From positions 577 to 64,576 of the forward strand of contig CAMDSC010000012.1 of NCBI GenBank assembly GCA_945907065.1: 64,000 bases of DNA. The letters are read 5' to 3'. This document shows positions 9,890 through 20,678 of the stretch, piece after piece (positions within the stretch are counted from its first letter, which is position 1; each line of letters begins with the position of its first letter). The DNA is from Chitinophaga pinensis (GTDB lineage: Bacteria; Bacteroidota; Bacteroidia; NS11-12g; UBA9320). The translations under genes were made by a program, and so were the position numbers. The notes under the pieces are model-generated. The model was not told where the DNA came from, did not search any database, and saw only the letters and a list, made by a program, of their open reading frames with translations.

Positions 9890-11219
9890 TCTTCATACTG
9901 CCTTGAATAAGGCATTTGAAAACCATGAAGAACCTCTTAATGAAGCTCAATGGACGAGGCTTGAGGGGGCTATTGTTACCAGAAAGAAAAAAAGGTGGTT
10001 GCCTTTCTTTTTAATCTTTATGATTATGTGCATTACATCTGGTACAACTTACCTACTTACCCTTAATTATGGTTTAAATACTCATCGCATTTCGTCCAAT
10101 GTGTTGACACAAAAAACCCGTTTTAATAAAAAATCAATTGCATCAAATAATACAAAAGTTGATTTGCCATTAGCAGCCAGTTCTTATAATATTAATAATT
10201 TAAGTTTGAATGCAACGATTGCTAGCCGAAAACACTCTACTTACAAAACCAATGATTATGTTACTGATATAATTATTGCTAATAACGAAGCTATAACTCC
10301 TTCAAATAATGAATTAATAATAGAAACGCTCAGTAATATGCCAGTTGAAGAAAGTATTATTGATCTGCCCTTGATAGAAGATAAAACACTGGAAACTATA
10401 GCTTTAGAAAAAGAGACTAAAATGGATATTGCCCTTAAAAATAATGATACTAACTATTCTTCCAAGGCAGCTAAAGAGGAAATTGAGGACACTAAACAAC
10501 GTCCATCTAAAATTGCTTTTTCAATAACCAGTGGATATTCAAAAATGAATGTAAAAGTTTCTTCTCTCGAAAATGCCGAGAAGTTACATAAAGACACAAA
10601 GAAAATTTTTGAAGAAAGCAATAAAAATTTAAAAACCGAATATATTAACCTTGGGGTTGATTACACTATTTTAGCACGATTTAGGATTGGCATAAACACT
10701 GGGTTGCAATACCTTAGAATTGCTTCACCCATTAATATAAATTATAAACTTACTGAAGTTCCATTTTGGGATCACAGACATACTCAAATTGAAGGTTATT
10801 TAACAAAAGATACTTCTTCTGCCATTCAATTTAATTCAAATACTACAAATTACACAACCTATATTAATCTTCCTATCCGAGGTAATTATTCCATTCCATT
10901 AAACGCCAAAAATGAAATATTAATTACTGCCGGAGGCAGTTTTAGTATTCTTGCTTCAGCCAAAGGGCAAAATATTAATATTAATAAAGAACTAAATATT
11001 GAGCCAGGCACCAGAACTTTGAATAGGGACATGTATAGAAAAATTAATGCAGGATTGGCTGGTGGAATACAATATAATACAAAACTTAAAGATGCATGCT
11101 GGATAGGGATTGAAAACTTATGGCAAACCAATCCTATGAAGTATAAAACAGGATATGGAAGTGTTAAAAATAAATTACAGGGCTATAGTGTTAATTTTAT
11201 TATTAAATACAAAATCTAA
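9873..11219 (+). CDS. membrane protein, putative anti-sigma factor with C-terminal beta-barrel-like region
   Basis: overlaps sigma gene stop by 17 nt (translational coupling); short cytoplasmic N-terminus, one TM helix (WLPFFLIFMIMCITSGTTYLLTL), C-terminal alternating beta-strand pattern ending YSVNFIIKYKI. Confidence 0.4.
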   Translation: MNTKNNLHTALNKAFENHEEPLNEAQWTRLEGAIVTRKKKRWLPFFLIFMIMCITSGTTYLLTLNYGLNTHRISSNVLTQKTRFNKKSIASNNTKVDLPLAASSYNINNLSLNATIASRKHSTYKTNDYVTDIIIANNEAITPSNNELIIETLSNMPVEESIIDLPLIEDKTLETIALEKETKMDIALKNNDTNYSSKAAKEEIEDTKQRPSKIAFSITSGYSKMNVKVSSLENAEKLHKDTKKIFEESNKNLKTEYINLGVDYTILARFRIGINTGLQYLRIASPININYKLTEVPFWDHRHTQIEGYLTKDTSSAIQFNSNTTNYTTYINLPIRGNYSIPLNAKNEILITAGGSFSILASAKGQNININKELNIEPGTRTLNRDMYRKINAGLAGGIQYNTKLKDACWIGIENLWQTNPMKYKTGYGSVKNKLQGYSVNFIIKYKI

Positions 11220-13666
11220 TGCTTATGAAAAAAACTACTATAGCCTTATATCTTATTTTGTTACCATTTATAAGCTTTTCTCAAATTCCCTTTATCAAAA
11301 ATCTTGATAAAGGAATAAATCAAAAAATAGAATGTTCTTGCATTGATAAAGATGAAAACCTCACCGTTGCTTATTATGAATCACCACTGAAGGAAACTTT
11401 AATTTTTGATAAATGGGATATATCACTTAACAAATGGATAAGAAAAATTAATACCATTTCTAGTGTAAGAATGGAATACCGCAATTTCAATAAATGTATA
11501 TATAAAGGAGATTCTTTACTATTAATAACTGCCTACCGAGATGGAAGCATAAACCGAACAGGCCTTTTTTATATACCTAATAATATCAATTTTAAACCTC
11601 AAAAAATGAGTGATTTTAGATCCTTGAAAGGTGGTGAAGTTTTTATTTCTGATGCTAAAATTATTCACAGAAAACTAATTTTGTTAGGAAGATTTGATAC
11701 CATCATTAATACCCAATCCAAAATAAGATACGCTTATTCTAATGCTGTAATATTTGAATATGAAGATATTACTGACAACTGGGGCTTTAAGGCTTCAGGG
11801 CAAATAAAAAACTTTACAATTGCTAATTTATCTGCCGCAATTAATGACAATAGCGATACAGCAATTATTATAGCCAGCGACAACTCACCAATTATACTTA
11901 GATATATTTTTCCTGATAAATTAGAACCAATTCTAAAATCTAATTCTAATTTACCTTACTCAAGTGTGGCTTTTATTGATAAAAAATGGTTAATAACTCT
12001 TGTAAATTCTGATTCGGTAATATATTCTTCAAATACAAAAGATTTTTTTGGAAAAAAACTTGATAAGAAATTGGGCTATTATGTTAGTATAATTAACACA
12101 CCCAAAGGCATTTTAATATCTGAAGACAATGCCCAAATAAGCATAATATATAAGTTGGATTTAAGTTTAAATAAGTTGGCTAATATTTACCAATCTCCGC
12201 CTTCTTTTGGCAGTTTACCATTAAGCGGATTGATAAATTCTAAAGCATCGTTGTTTTATTATACTAATATTCCAATTTTATTTAGAAACAAAATATTCGG
12301 AAATATTGTAGAATTGAATTTGGATTTTGATAGGACTATTAAATTTATTCCTGTTACAGCATATATTTTTTATGATAAAAATAACAACTTTAAAAAAGAT
12401 ATTGATGAAGACTTGGTATCAGGTAAAATATTAAACCGTACTTATAATTATTTTTTAACTAGCACCACCGGAAAATTTGAAGATAATGTGCCATATTATA
12501 ATGATGTAGAATATGAACTGGTTAGTAATAATTATGGTCAATGCCTAAAACTTCCTTTTTCAGGCGCTTTAAAAAGCAATACGCTTCTCGGCACAAACTC
12601 TGATTTATATTTTCCGCTACAAAGTGCATTATTCCCCAAAAATATTAATGTAAAAAGTTGGGGAACAGCTACTGCTCGATTAATGGATACAATTCCACTT
12701 GCAATTACTATATCAAATCACGACTGCAATATAAACCCATCTAATGCTAGTGTTATTTTGGTACTTGATTCCAACACAACCTTAATTAATTCAAGTCCTG
12801 CTTATAATTTTAAAAACGGGAATACTATTTATTATAATTTAACCAATATTAAAGCCAACCGAGATAGTATTATAAAACTAAATATTTTATATCCCTATTC
12901 TAAGTTTAAAATCGGTGAGTATGTAAAACATTATGTAAATATGTTTACTGCTTATAAAGATGATACCCTTGATAACAATGACAGTATTGTTCAAAAAATG
13001 GTATATAGTTATGATCCAAATGCAAAATATAGCATTCCACAAGGTACCATTACCTCTGACCTTAAAAATATTCGATACTATATCGAATTTCAAAACGAAG
13101 GAAATGATGTAGCCAGAAGAGTTGTGATAATGGATACTTTAGATACTAAGATTCCTGTTTATGAATTTCAGATGGTAGCAAGTAGCCATGCTTATAAAGT
13201 TTCTTTGCAAAATAATGTGGTAACATGGGAATTTGATAATATTAATTTACCTCCAAAATCACTTGACCTGAAAGGCAGTCAGGGCTATGTTATTTTTGAT
13301 GCTCATATTATTAGTAATGTTGGTGTTGGTGATAGCATTAGAAATAAGGCTTTTATTTATTTTGACTTTAATGAACCAATTGTTACCAATTTAGCAATTA
13401 TCAAACGTATTGAAGATCTTCCTTTCGTTGATGAAAATGAAAATACTTTCAGAGTATTTCCTAATCCGGCCATGGAAATAGTAACTATTGAAAACAAAAT
13501 AAATATTAATCAAAATATTAAAATATATAATATGCTAGGCCAGGAAATAATGGATGTTAAATTAGACCCTATTGGTAAAACCATGCAGTCTATTTCATCA
13601 TGGCCAAGAGGAATGTATTTTATAAAGTCGAGTAAAGGAGGCTTTCAGAAGTTTTTGGTTCACTAA
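11219..13666 (+). CDS. T9SS type-A C-terminal-sorting-domain secreted protein (DUF11/CARDB-like repeat)
   Basis: signal peptide; YDPNxK...EFxNxGxxxAxxVxIxDxLD conserved-repeat motif; C-terminal ~80 aa matches Por_Secre_tail pattern (FRVFPNPA...IYNMLGQEI...GMYFIK); ATG overlaps upstream stop (taATG). Confidence 0.7.
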   Translation: MLMKKTTIALYLILLPFISFSQIPFIKNLDKGINQKIECSCIDKDENLTVAYYESPLKETLIFDKWDISLNKWIRKINTISSVRMEYRNFNKCIYKGDSLLLITAYRDGSINRTGLFYIPNNINFKPQKMSDFRSLKGGEVFISDAKIIHRKLILLGRFDTIINTQSKIRYAYSNAVIFEYEDITDNWGFKASGQIKNFTIANLSAAINDNSDTAIIIASDNSPIILRYIFPDKLEPILKSNSNLPYSSVAFIDKKWLITLVNSDSVIYSSNTKDFFGKKLDKKLGYYVSIINTPKGILISEDNAQISIIYKLDLSLNKLANIYQSPPSFGSLPLSGLINSKASLFYYTNIPILFRNKIFGNIVELNLDFDRTIKFIPVTAYIFYDKNNNFKKDIDEDLVSGKILNRTYNYFLTSTTGKFEDNVPYYNDVEYELVSNNYGQCLKLPFSGALKSNTLLGTNSDLYFPLQSALFPKNINVKSWGTATARLMDTIPLAITISNHDCNINPSNASVILVLDSNTTLINSSPAYNFKNGNTIYYNLTNIKANRDSIIKLNILYPYSKFKIGEYVKHYVNMFTAYKDDTLDNNDSIVQKMVYSYDPNAKYSIPQGTITSDLKNIRYYIEFQNEGNDVARRVVIMDTLDTKIPVYEFQMVASSHAYKVSLQNNVVTWEFDNINLPPKSLDLKGSQGYVIFDAHIISNVGVGDSIRNKAFIYFDFNEPIVTNLAIIKRIEDLPFVDENENTFRVFPNPAMEIVTIENKININQNIKIYNMLGQEIMDVKLDPIGKTMQSISSWPRGMYFIKSSKGGFQKFLVH

Positions 13667-14526
13667 ATATTTACTTCCATATCAAACGATTTTTCAATTC
13701 GTTCATTTGCTGGCAGCATTAGAATTCCTTCTTTTTGCGAAACATCACCTTCAAAATCTACTAAATCGGCTATGCCTTGCCAAGGCTCAATACATATAAA
13801 ATTGGCTCCGTGTTTAGCCCATATTCCCAAATAAGGCCAACCTTCAAAATTTACTTTTATACTTCTTCCAGTAGACTTGAATTGAAGTTTAACCCAATCG
13901 GATTTTAAATATTTAAATATTAAAGCATCTTTAGAAAATGTATCCTCATTCACTAAAATATGACTGTTTCCATCGGTTACTTGTTTTTTTCTATTCGAAA
14001 TAAAATTTTCATCCAACATCCATGATAAAGGATTTCTATCCTTTTCAAAAACTATTATGGTATCGTTCGGCTCCGAAATATTAAATGCAGGATGACCACC
14101 AAATGAAACAGGCATAGGAGTTAACCCTAAATTAATGACATCAAAACTCATGGTTAGTTTATTGCCAACTAAGGTATATTTAACCTTAAAACTGAATCGA
14201 AAAGGATAACGTTGCCAAGTATGATTATTATCTTTCAATTCCAGAATTGCACAATTTTCAGTTTGTTCAATTACCTCAAACATCAAGTCACGAGCGAAAC
14301 CATGCTGTTCTATAGTATGTAAATTTCCGTCATAGCTATATTCAAAATTTTTAAGCCTACCTACAAATGGAAACAATACAGGAGCATGCCTTGGCCAAAC
14401 TGATTTATCAGCTTGCCAAATGAATTCTGTATCTGTAGGTAAATGTTTAAAGCTGCACAACTCTGCCCCAAAAGGAAGAATAGAAGCGGTATATTCGCCA
14501 GACTTTAAATCAACAGGATTATCCAA
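13663..14526 (-). CDS. aldose 1-epimerase (galactose mutarotase-like) family protein
   Basis: HGFAR, GGHPAF and IEPW motifs of the aldose-epimerase supersandwich family; 287 aa. Confidence 0.6.
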   Translation of the reverse strand: MDNPVDLKSGEYTASILPFGAELCSFKHLPTDTEFIWQADKSVWPRHAPVLFPFVGRLKNFEYSYDGNLHTIEQHGFARDLMFEVIEQTENCAILELKDNNHTWQRYPFRFSFKVKYTLVGNKLTMSFDVINLGLTPMPVSFGGHPAFNISEPNDTIIVFEKDRNPLSWMLDENFISNRKKQVTDGNSHILVNEDTFSKDALIFKYLKSDWVKLQFKSTGRSIKVNFEGWPYLGIWAKHGANFICIEPWQGIADLVDFEGDVSQKEGILMLPANERIEKSFDMEVNI

Positions 14527-14530
14527 AACT

Positions 14531-15655
14531 TTATAGATTTCCGCGTTTGGCTTGTTCCAATTCTATGGATTCAAACAAAGCTTTAAAATTCCCTTTACCA
14601 AATGATTTGGCACCTTTGCGTTGTATTATTTCAAAAAACAAAGTAGGTCTGTCTTCCACTGGTTTTGTAAATATTTGCAATAAATAGCCTTCATCATCTC
14701 TATCTACTAATATTCCTAATTTTCTTAGTGGCTCAATATCCTCATCTATTTCACCTACTCTATCTATTAACTCATCGTAATAGGATGATGGTATAGTTAA
14801 AAATTCTATTCCACGACTTTTAAGTTTGGTAACGGTGTCAACAATATCTAAAGTGGCCACTGCAATGTGCTGCACACCTTCACCTTCATAAAAATCTAAA
14901 TATTCTTCTACTTGTGATTTCTTTTTTCCTTCGGCTGGTTCGTTTATCGGAAACTTTACATACCCGTTTCCATTACTCATTACCTTACTCATAAGGGCTG
15001 AGTATTCAGTTGAAATATCTTTATCATCAAAACTTAAGATATTTTTAAATCCCATCACATCCTCATAAAATTTAACCCAAGGATTCATCTGGTTCCAATC
15101 AACATTACCAACGCAATGATCCACATATAAGAGGCCTACCTCTGTTGGATTATAGGTTGATTCCCATTTAACAAAACCCGGCATGAACGGCCCATTGTAA
15201 TTTTTGCGTTCCACAAATAAATGAACGGTATCCCCATAAGTATGAATACCAGACATTTTAACTTCTCCGTTTTCGTCATTTAGTGTTTGAGGTTCCATAT
15301 AGACTTTGGCACCACGCTTTACGGTTTGTTCAAAAGCATCATAAGCATCATCAACCCATAGTGCTAAGGAATGGACACCATCGCCATGTTTTTGAATGTG
15401 TTGGTTTATGGGGTCACCGGACTTAAGCGGAGTTGTAAGCATTATCCTCATTTTGCCTTGTATCAAAACATAGGAAGACCTGTCTCTTACTCCGGTTTCA
15501 GGACCTGCATAGGCCAAACTTTGAAAACCGAAAGCAGTTTTATAAAAGTGGGCAGCCTGTTTGGCATTGCCTACGTAAAACTCAATAAAATCGGTTCCTT
15601 TAAGAGGAAGAAAATCGGTAACGGTTTCCGGTTGAAGTTGACTAGTGGTTTGCAT
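14531..15655 (-). CDS. hppD: 4-hydroxyphenylpyruvate dioxygenase
   Basis: two VOC modules; HIAVAT, FFEIIQR and C-terminal KALFESIE motifs typical of HPPD; 374 aa. Confidence 0.9.
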   Translation of the reverse strand: MQTTSQLQPETVTDFLPLKGTDFIEFYVGNAKQAAHFYKTAFGFQSLAYAGPETGVRDRSSYVLIQGKMRIMLTTPLKSGDPINQHIQKHGDGVHSLALWVDDAYDAFEQTVKRGAKVYMEPQTLNDENGEVKMSGIHTYGDTVHLFVERKNYNGPFMPGFVKWESTYNPTEVGLLYVDHCVGNVDWNQMNPWVKFYEDVMGFKNILSFDDKDISTEYSALMSKVMSNGNGYVKFPINEPAEGKKKSQVEEYLDFYEGEGVQHIAVATLDIVDTVTKLKSRGIEFLTIPSSYYDELIDRVGEIDEDIEPLRKLGILVDRDDEGYLLQIFTKPVEDRPTLFFEIIQRKGAKSFGKGNFKALFESIELEQAKRGNL

Positions 15656-15771
15656 AGTTGGTTTGCAAAATTAAAGTTTATGAACGGATTAATGCAAATG
15701 AAAAGTGTTTATCTTCATTTCCTGTTTCAATAGGTGTTTTCGAACTTTTAGTATTGTATTAAACCCATAAA

Positions 15772-15794
15772 AAAAGAGGCCTAAGCCTCTTTTA
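15772..15794. terminator. hairpin terminator at end of ribosomal super-operon / hppD (convergent)
   Basis: aaaaagaggcctaagcctctttt: 6-bp GC-rich stem flanked by A-run and T-run, usable on both strands. Confidence 0.5.
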
Positions 15795-15817
15795 AATATT
15801 TAATACTTTAATTGTAA

Positions 15818-16441
15818 TTATTCTTCTGTTTTTGGTTTTTCTTCACCTTCTACTTCAGCAGTTGGTTCAGCTTCCATTTCGGCAGTTGGTTCTACTACTT
15901 CTGTCTCTACTACAACCTCTGTTTCCTGTATCTCTTCTGTAAATTCCATAACAATTGGTGCAGCTTTAGGTGCTTTAGCAGCAGGAGTTTCAGTGATAGC
16001 TGTTGTTTCTTTTTTCGAACCTCTTCGGGTACGTTTAGCAGTTGCAGCTTCTTTAGCCACCAATTTACCTCCACCTAGTGTTTCGTTAAAATCAACAAAC
16101 TCCATCATACACATTTCGGCATTATCTCCCAATCGGTTACCAGTTTTTAATATTCGGGTGTATCCTCCCGGTCTGTCAGCTACTTTTGTTGCTACGTTTC
16201 CAAATAGTTCTTTAACTCCATCCTTATTTTGTAAATAACTAAATACAATCCTCCGTGAATGGGTGCTATCGTCTTTAGCTTTAGTTACCAAGGGTTCAAT
16301 ATACTTACGCAATTCTTTAGCTTTGGCAAGAGTTGTAATAATGCGTTTACTAATAATTAGCGAGGTAGCCATATTTGAAAGCATGGCATGACGATGACTG
16401 GTAGTTCTGCCTAAATGATTTATTTTATTTCCGTGTCTCAT
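15818..16441 (-). CDS. rplQ: 50S ribosomal protein L17 with ~80-aa acidic C-terminal extension
   Basis: [21 protein letters not shown]... canonical L17 N-terminus; 207 aa vs ~120 typical; tail rich in E/T/A/K/V. Confidence 0.9.
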   Translation of the reverse strand: MRHGNKINHLGRTTSHRHAMLSNMATSLIISKRIITTLAKAKELRKYIEPLVTKAKDDSTHSRRIVFSYLQNKDGVKELFGNVATKVADRPGGYTRILKTGNRLGDNAEMCMMEFVDFNETLGGGKLVAKEAATAKRTRRGSKKETTAITETPAAKAPKAAPIVMEFTEEIQETEVVVETEVVEPTAEMEAEPTAEVEGEEKPKTEE

Positions 16442-16448
16442 CTCTTAT

Positions 16449-17441
16449 TTAGTCTTCGTTTAGGTTATATTTTGCGACGTCCATTCCAAAGTTTAATCCT
16501 TTTTCACGAACAAATTCTTCCAATTCAGTTAATGATTTTTTACCAAAGTTTCTAAATTTTAATAGATCTTCGATATGGAAACTTACCAATTCACCAAGTG
16601 TTCTGATTTCAGCCGCTTTCAAACAATTATAAGCTCTAACAGAAAGATCAAGATCAGATAGCGGGGTTTTAAGAATCTTACGCATCTGAAGTAAATTTTC
16701 ATCTACTTCCTGAGCTTTAGATTTCACCTGTGTATCCAACAACATATTATCATCCGAGAACAATAAGTAGTGCTGTATTAGTATTTTGGCTGCCTCTTTA
16801 AGTGCATTTTCAGGATTGATAGAACCATCAGTACTAATTTCAATCATCAGTTTCTCATAATCCGTTCTACCTTCAACACGGTAATCTTCAACACTGAACT
16901 TAACATTTTTCACCGGAGTGTAAATTGAATCTACAGGGATTAGTCCAATCACTGCATCATTTGGCAGGTTTTCTTCGGCAGGAACATATCCACGACCTTT
17001 ATCGATAACCATTTCCAATTCTAAATTCACAAATTGCTCCATATTACAAATCACTAAATCAGGATTTAGTATTTCGAACATAGAAGAAAAACGGCTAATA
17101 TCTCCAGCTGTAAATTGATCTTGGCCTTTAATATTTATGTAAACCTTTTCAGAATTTGAACCACCACCAATCTTTTTAAAACGTACTTGTTTTAAGTTAA
17201 GAATAATTTCGGTCACATCTTCCACAACACCTTTCATACTGCTGAACTCATGGTCAACACCAGGCATTTTAATAGAAGTAATTGCATAACCTTCTAGTGA
17301 AGATAACAATATTCGACGAAGTGAATTACCGATGGTAACACCATATCCTTTTTCTAAAGGACGAAATTCGAACAAACCATAAAAGTCTGTTTCTTTATGC
17401 ATTATAACCTTATCCGGTCTTTGAAATGCTAATATTGACAT
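16449..17441 (-). CDS. rpoA: DNA-directed RNA polymerase subunit alpha
   Basis: N-terminal assembly domain and C-terminal alphaCTD ([21 protein letters not shown]); position between rpsD and rplQ. Confidence 0.95.
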   Translation of the reverse strand: MSILAFQRPDKVIMHKETDFYGLFEFRPLEKGYGVTIGNSLRRILLSSLEGYAITSIKMPGVDHEFSSMKGVVEDVTEIILNLKQVRFKKIGGGSNSEKVYINIKGQDQFTAGDISRFSSMFEILNPDLVICNMEQFVNLELEMVIDKGRGYVPAEENLPNDAVIGLIPVDSIYTPVKNVKFSVEDYRVEGRTDYEKLMIEISTDGSINPENALKEAAKILIQHYLLFSDDNMLLDTQVKSKAQEVDENLLQMRKILKTPLSDLDLSVRAYNCLKAAEIRTLGELVSFHIEDLLKFRNFGKKSLTELEEFVREKGLNFGMDVAKYNLNED

Positions 17442-17466
17442 ATTTATTTTTTAGTTTGTTTAATTA

Positions 17467-18069
17467 TTATTTTGAATAAAGTTCAACAATAAGTTGTTCT
17501 TTTATTTTCTCTGGAATATCCTCACGTTCAGGAAGTGCTAAAAATGTTCCCTGATAGTTAGTTGCGTCCCATTGTAACCAATTGTAGGTTTTTCTTCGGG
17601 CCAAAGCATTATTTATATTCTCTAGTGATTTTGATTGTTCACGAACGGTTATTACATCACCAGGTTTTAATAGGTAAGATGGAATGTTTAATAAACTACC
17701 ATTTACCAAAATATGCTTATGAGAAACCAACTGACGGGCACCATCTCTAGTAGGAGAAAGTCCTAATCTGAAACATGTATTATCTAAGCGAGCCTCCAAA
17801 AACTTAAGAAGGTTTTCACCTGTAATACCGTGTTTACGAGCAGCTTTATCAAACAAGTTAGCAAATTGACGCTCCAATACACCATACGTGTACTTAGCCT
17901 TTTGTTTTTCACCTAGCTGAATTGCATATTCAGACTGCTTGGAACGACGACGGGAATTTCCGTGCATTCCTGGCTTGTAATTTTTTTTGTCCAATGCTTT
18001 ATCAGGGCCGAATATTGGCTCTTTAAAACGTCGGGCGATTTTGGATTTAGGTCCTGTATATCTTGCCAT
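17467..18069 (-). CDS. rpsD: 30S ribosomal protein S4
   Basis: [15 protein letters not shown]... ; conserved order. Confidence 0.95.
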   Translation of the reverse strand: MARYTGPKSKIARRFKEPIFGPDKALDKKNYKPGMHGNSRRRSKQSEYAIQLGEKQKAKYTYGVLERQFANLFDKAARKHGITGENLLKFLEARLDNTCFRLGLSPTRDGARQLVSHKHILVNGSLLNIPSYLLKPGDVITVREQSKSLENINNALARRKTYNWLQWDATNYQGTFLALPEREDIPEKIKEQLIVELYSK

Positions 18070-18115
18070 TTCTTATTATTCTTTATTGAAATTTTAAATC
18101 TAAAATCTAAAATTA

Positions 18116-18505
18116 TTAAACTCTTCTTCTTTTTGGAGGACGACAACCGTTATGCGGCATTGGGGTAATATCCTTAATTGACATTACTTCTATTCCTGCT
18201 GCCTGTAAGGTACGAATAGCTGATTCACGACCAGCTCCTGGTCCTTTAACAAACACATCTACTTTTTTCACTCCCAGGTCGGTTGCCACTTTACAGCAAT
18301 CCTGACTTGATACCTGACCTGCATAGGGTGTATTTTTCTTTGAGCCACGAAAGCCCATTTTACCAGCACTAGACCAAGATATAACTTGTCCTTGATTATT
18401 TGTTATTGAAATAATAATATTATTGAAAGAGGCCTTGATGTGAGCTTGACCATAAGCTTCAATAATTACTTTTCTTTTTTTAACAACTTTTTTTCCTGTA
18501 GCCAT
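18116..18505 (-). CDS. rpsK: 30S ribosomal protein S11
   Basis: IASFNNTIITITD-like core ([15 protein letters not shown]), C-terminal [13 protein letters not shown]. Confidence 0.95.
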   Translation of the reverse strand: MATGKKVVKKRKVIIEAYGQAHIKASFNNIIISITNNQGQVISWSSAGKMGFRGSKKNTPYAGQVSSQDCCKVATDLGVKKVDVFVKGPGAGRESAIRTLQAAGIEVMSIKDITPMPHNGCRPPKRRRV

Positions 18506-18526
18506 TTAATTTTTTTTTGCTATTTA

Positions 18527-18904
18527 TTACTTAGTTACCTTCTTTTTGTTTGCTACAGTCTTACGTTTTCCTTTACGGGTACGTGCATTGTTTTTTGTAG
18601 ATTGCCCCCTTACAGGTAAACCTTTTCTGTGACGCAAACCTCTATAACAACCGATATCCATAAGTCGTTTAATATTGGTTTGAACCTCCGAACGCAACTC
18701 ACCTTCCACCTTATGACCTTCAGTAATAATTTTACGAATAGCTGTAAGATCTTCATCACCCCATTCGCTAACTTTTTTATTTACGTCCACTCCTGCACTA
18801 TTTAAAATAGTAACAGCATTAAAACGACCAATACCATATATATATGATAATCCAATTGGTCCTACTTTGTTTCTTGGTAAATCAATACCTGCAATCCTGG
18901 CCAT
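18527..18904 (-). CDS. rpsM: 30S ribosomal protein S13
   Basis: [13 protein letters not shown]... canonical S13. Confidence 0.95.
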   Translation of the reverse strand: MARIAGIDLPRNKVGPIGLSYIYGIGRFNAVTILNSAGVDVNKKVSEWGDEDLTAIRKIITEGHKVEGELRSEVQTNIKRLMDIGCYRGLRHRKGLPVRGQSTKNNARTRKGKRKTVANKKKVTK

Positions 18905-18907
18905 TAC

Positions 18908-19024
18908 TTATCCTTGTCTTTGTTTAAATTTAGGGTTCTTTTTATTCACAACGTAAACCACACCTTTGCGTTTTACAATTTTGCAATCAACACTTCTTTT
19001 CTTAACCGATGATGTTACTTTCAT
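18908..19024 (-). CDS. rpmJ: 50S ribosomal protein L36 (missed by ORF track, 38 aa)
   Basis: own translation of minus strand: [38 protein letters not shown]; canonical L36 with CxxC...C...H-like zinc-ribbon spacing; sits between infA and rpsM as expected. Confidence 0.85.
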   Translation of the reverse strand: MKVTSSVKKRSVDCKIVKRKGVVYVVNKKNPKFKQRQG

Positions 19025-19028
19025 TTTA

Positions 19029-19247
19029 TTATTTGTATCTAAAGCTGATTCTTCCTCTTGTTAAATCATATGGTGACATTTCAACCTGAACCTTGTCACC
19101 GGGCAGAATTCGAATGTAGTGCATCCTCATTTTACCACTGATTGTTGCTATAATTTTATGTCCGTTCTTCAATTCTACTCTAAACATTGCATTAGACAGG
19201 GCTTCAATAATCATACCATCCTGTTTAATCGAATCTTGTTTAGACAT
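19029..19247 (-). CDS. infA: translation initiation factor IF-1
   Basis: S1-like fold, 72 aa, [20 protein letters not shown] motif. Confidence 0.95.
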   Translation of the reverse strand: MSKQDSIKQDGMIIEALSNAMFRVELKNGHKIIATISGKMRMHYIRILPGDKVQVEMSPYDLTRGRISFRYK

Positions 19248-19302
19248 GTCTTTTTTTTACGGGCTGCAAATATAGTAATTTAAATTTTATTTTAATCAAA
19301 TA

Positions 19303-20670
19303 TTATGTCATTGAACCACCTGTTGCAGTTCTCCCTTTTATTCGTCCATACTTCATTAATCCATCATACTTACGCATTGATAAATGAGTATCAATTTGTG
19401 CTAATGTATCCAATACTACACCTACCATAATTAGTAGTGAAGTACCTCCAAAAAACTGTGCAAACTGGTCATTTACTCCAAATATTATAGCTATAGCAGG
19501 CATTATTGCAACAAAACCAATAAAAATAGCACCTGGAAAAGTAATACGCGAAATGATTGTATCTATAAAGTCAGCTGTCTTTTTCCCTGGTTTGATTCCT
19601 GGTATAAAACCACTATTACGTTTTAAATCTTCTGAAATTTGAACTGGATTATAAGTAATAGCTGTATAAAAATAGGTAAAAAGCATTATCAGGGTAAAAA
19701 ATAAAGCGTTATACCCAAACGAGGTAATATCCATAAATTTAGAAAAGAAATTAGACGCTGATGAAGACGTATTAGATAAAAGTCCTGTAAGAGTAGAAGG
19801 AATGAACATTAATGCTTGAGCAAAAATAATTGGCATTACTCCTGCTCCATTTATTTTTAATGGTAAATACTGACGAACTCCTCCATATTGTTTATTACCA
19901 ACTATTCTTTTGGCATACTGGACAGGAACTCGTCGAGTACCTTGAATTAATAATATAACACTTAAAATTACAACTAGCCATATAACTAATTCTACTAAGA
20001 AAATAATTGGCCCACCTGCACCACCTAATCTACTATTCAATTCACCTAATAAAGCAAAAGGTAATCTTGAAATAATACCGACCATGATGATAAGTGATAT
20101 TCCGTTTCCAAGTCCTCTATCAGTAATCCTTTCACCAAGCCACATTGTAAACATTGTACCTGCAATAAGTGTTACTACTGCTATAAAGGTAAATGTTGCT
20201 ATTGAAATTGGGGCACCTTGCTGCAAGGCATAAATGGCATCTGTTTTTGATGACTTTAATTGAACTATATAAGCAATCGCCTGAACTCCAGATACAGCTA
20301 TTGTTAAATAGCGGGTAATCTGATTGATTTTACGACGACCATCTTCACCTTCCTTAGACATTCGTTGAAACGAAGGCAATGCGAAAGTCAATAACTGCAC
20401 AATAATAGAAGCCGAAATATAAGGCATTATACCTAATGCGAAGATGGAAGCTCTGTTAAATGCTCCACCCGAAAAAGTATTAATAAGACCTAGAAGGCCA
20501 TCCTGAGTAGAATTGCCATATTTAGCATCCATTACTACCGGATCAATACCAGGCAAGTAAATAAATGTTCCAATGCGATAAACTGCAAGTAGTAAAAGAG
20601 TCTGAAGAATCCTTGAACGCAATTCTTCAATACTCCAAATATTTTTAAAGGTAGATATTAGCTTTTTCAT
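19303..20670 (-). CDS. secY: preprotein translocase subunit SecY
   Basis: 10 TM segments, plug and GIxPxITAS-like motifs, 455 aa, position between rplO and infA. Confidence 0.95.
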   Translation of the reverse strand: MKKLISTFKNIWSIEELRSRILQTLLLLAVYRIGTFIYLPGIDPVVMDAKYGNSTQDGLLGLINTFSGGAFNRASIFALGIMPYISASIIVQLLTFALPSFQRMSKEGEDGRRKINQITRYLTIAVSGVQAIAYIVQLKSSKTDAIYALQQGAPISIATFTFIAVVTLIAGTMFTMWLGERITDRGLGNGISLIIMVGIISRLPFALLGELNSRLGGAGGPIIFLVELVIWLVVILSVILLIQGTRRVPVQYAKRIVGNKQYGGVRQYLPLKINGAGVMPIIFAQALMFIPSTLTGLLSNTSSSASNFFSKFMDITSFGYNALFFTLIMLFTYFYTAITYNPVQISEDLKRNSGFIPGIKPGKKTADFIDTIISRITFPGAIFIGFVAIMPAIAIIFGVNDQFAQFFGGTSLLIMVGVVLDTLAQIDTHLSMRKYDGLMKYGRIKGRTATGGSMT

Positions 20671-20678
20671 CAGGCGGA

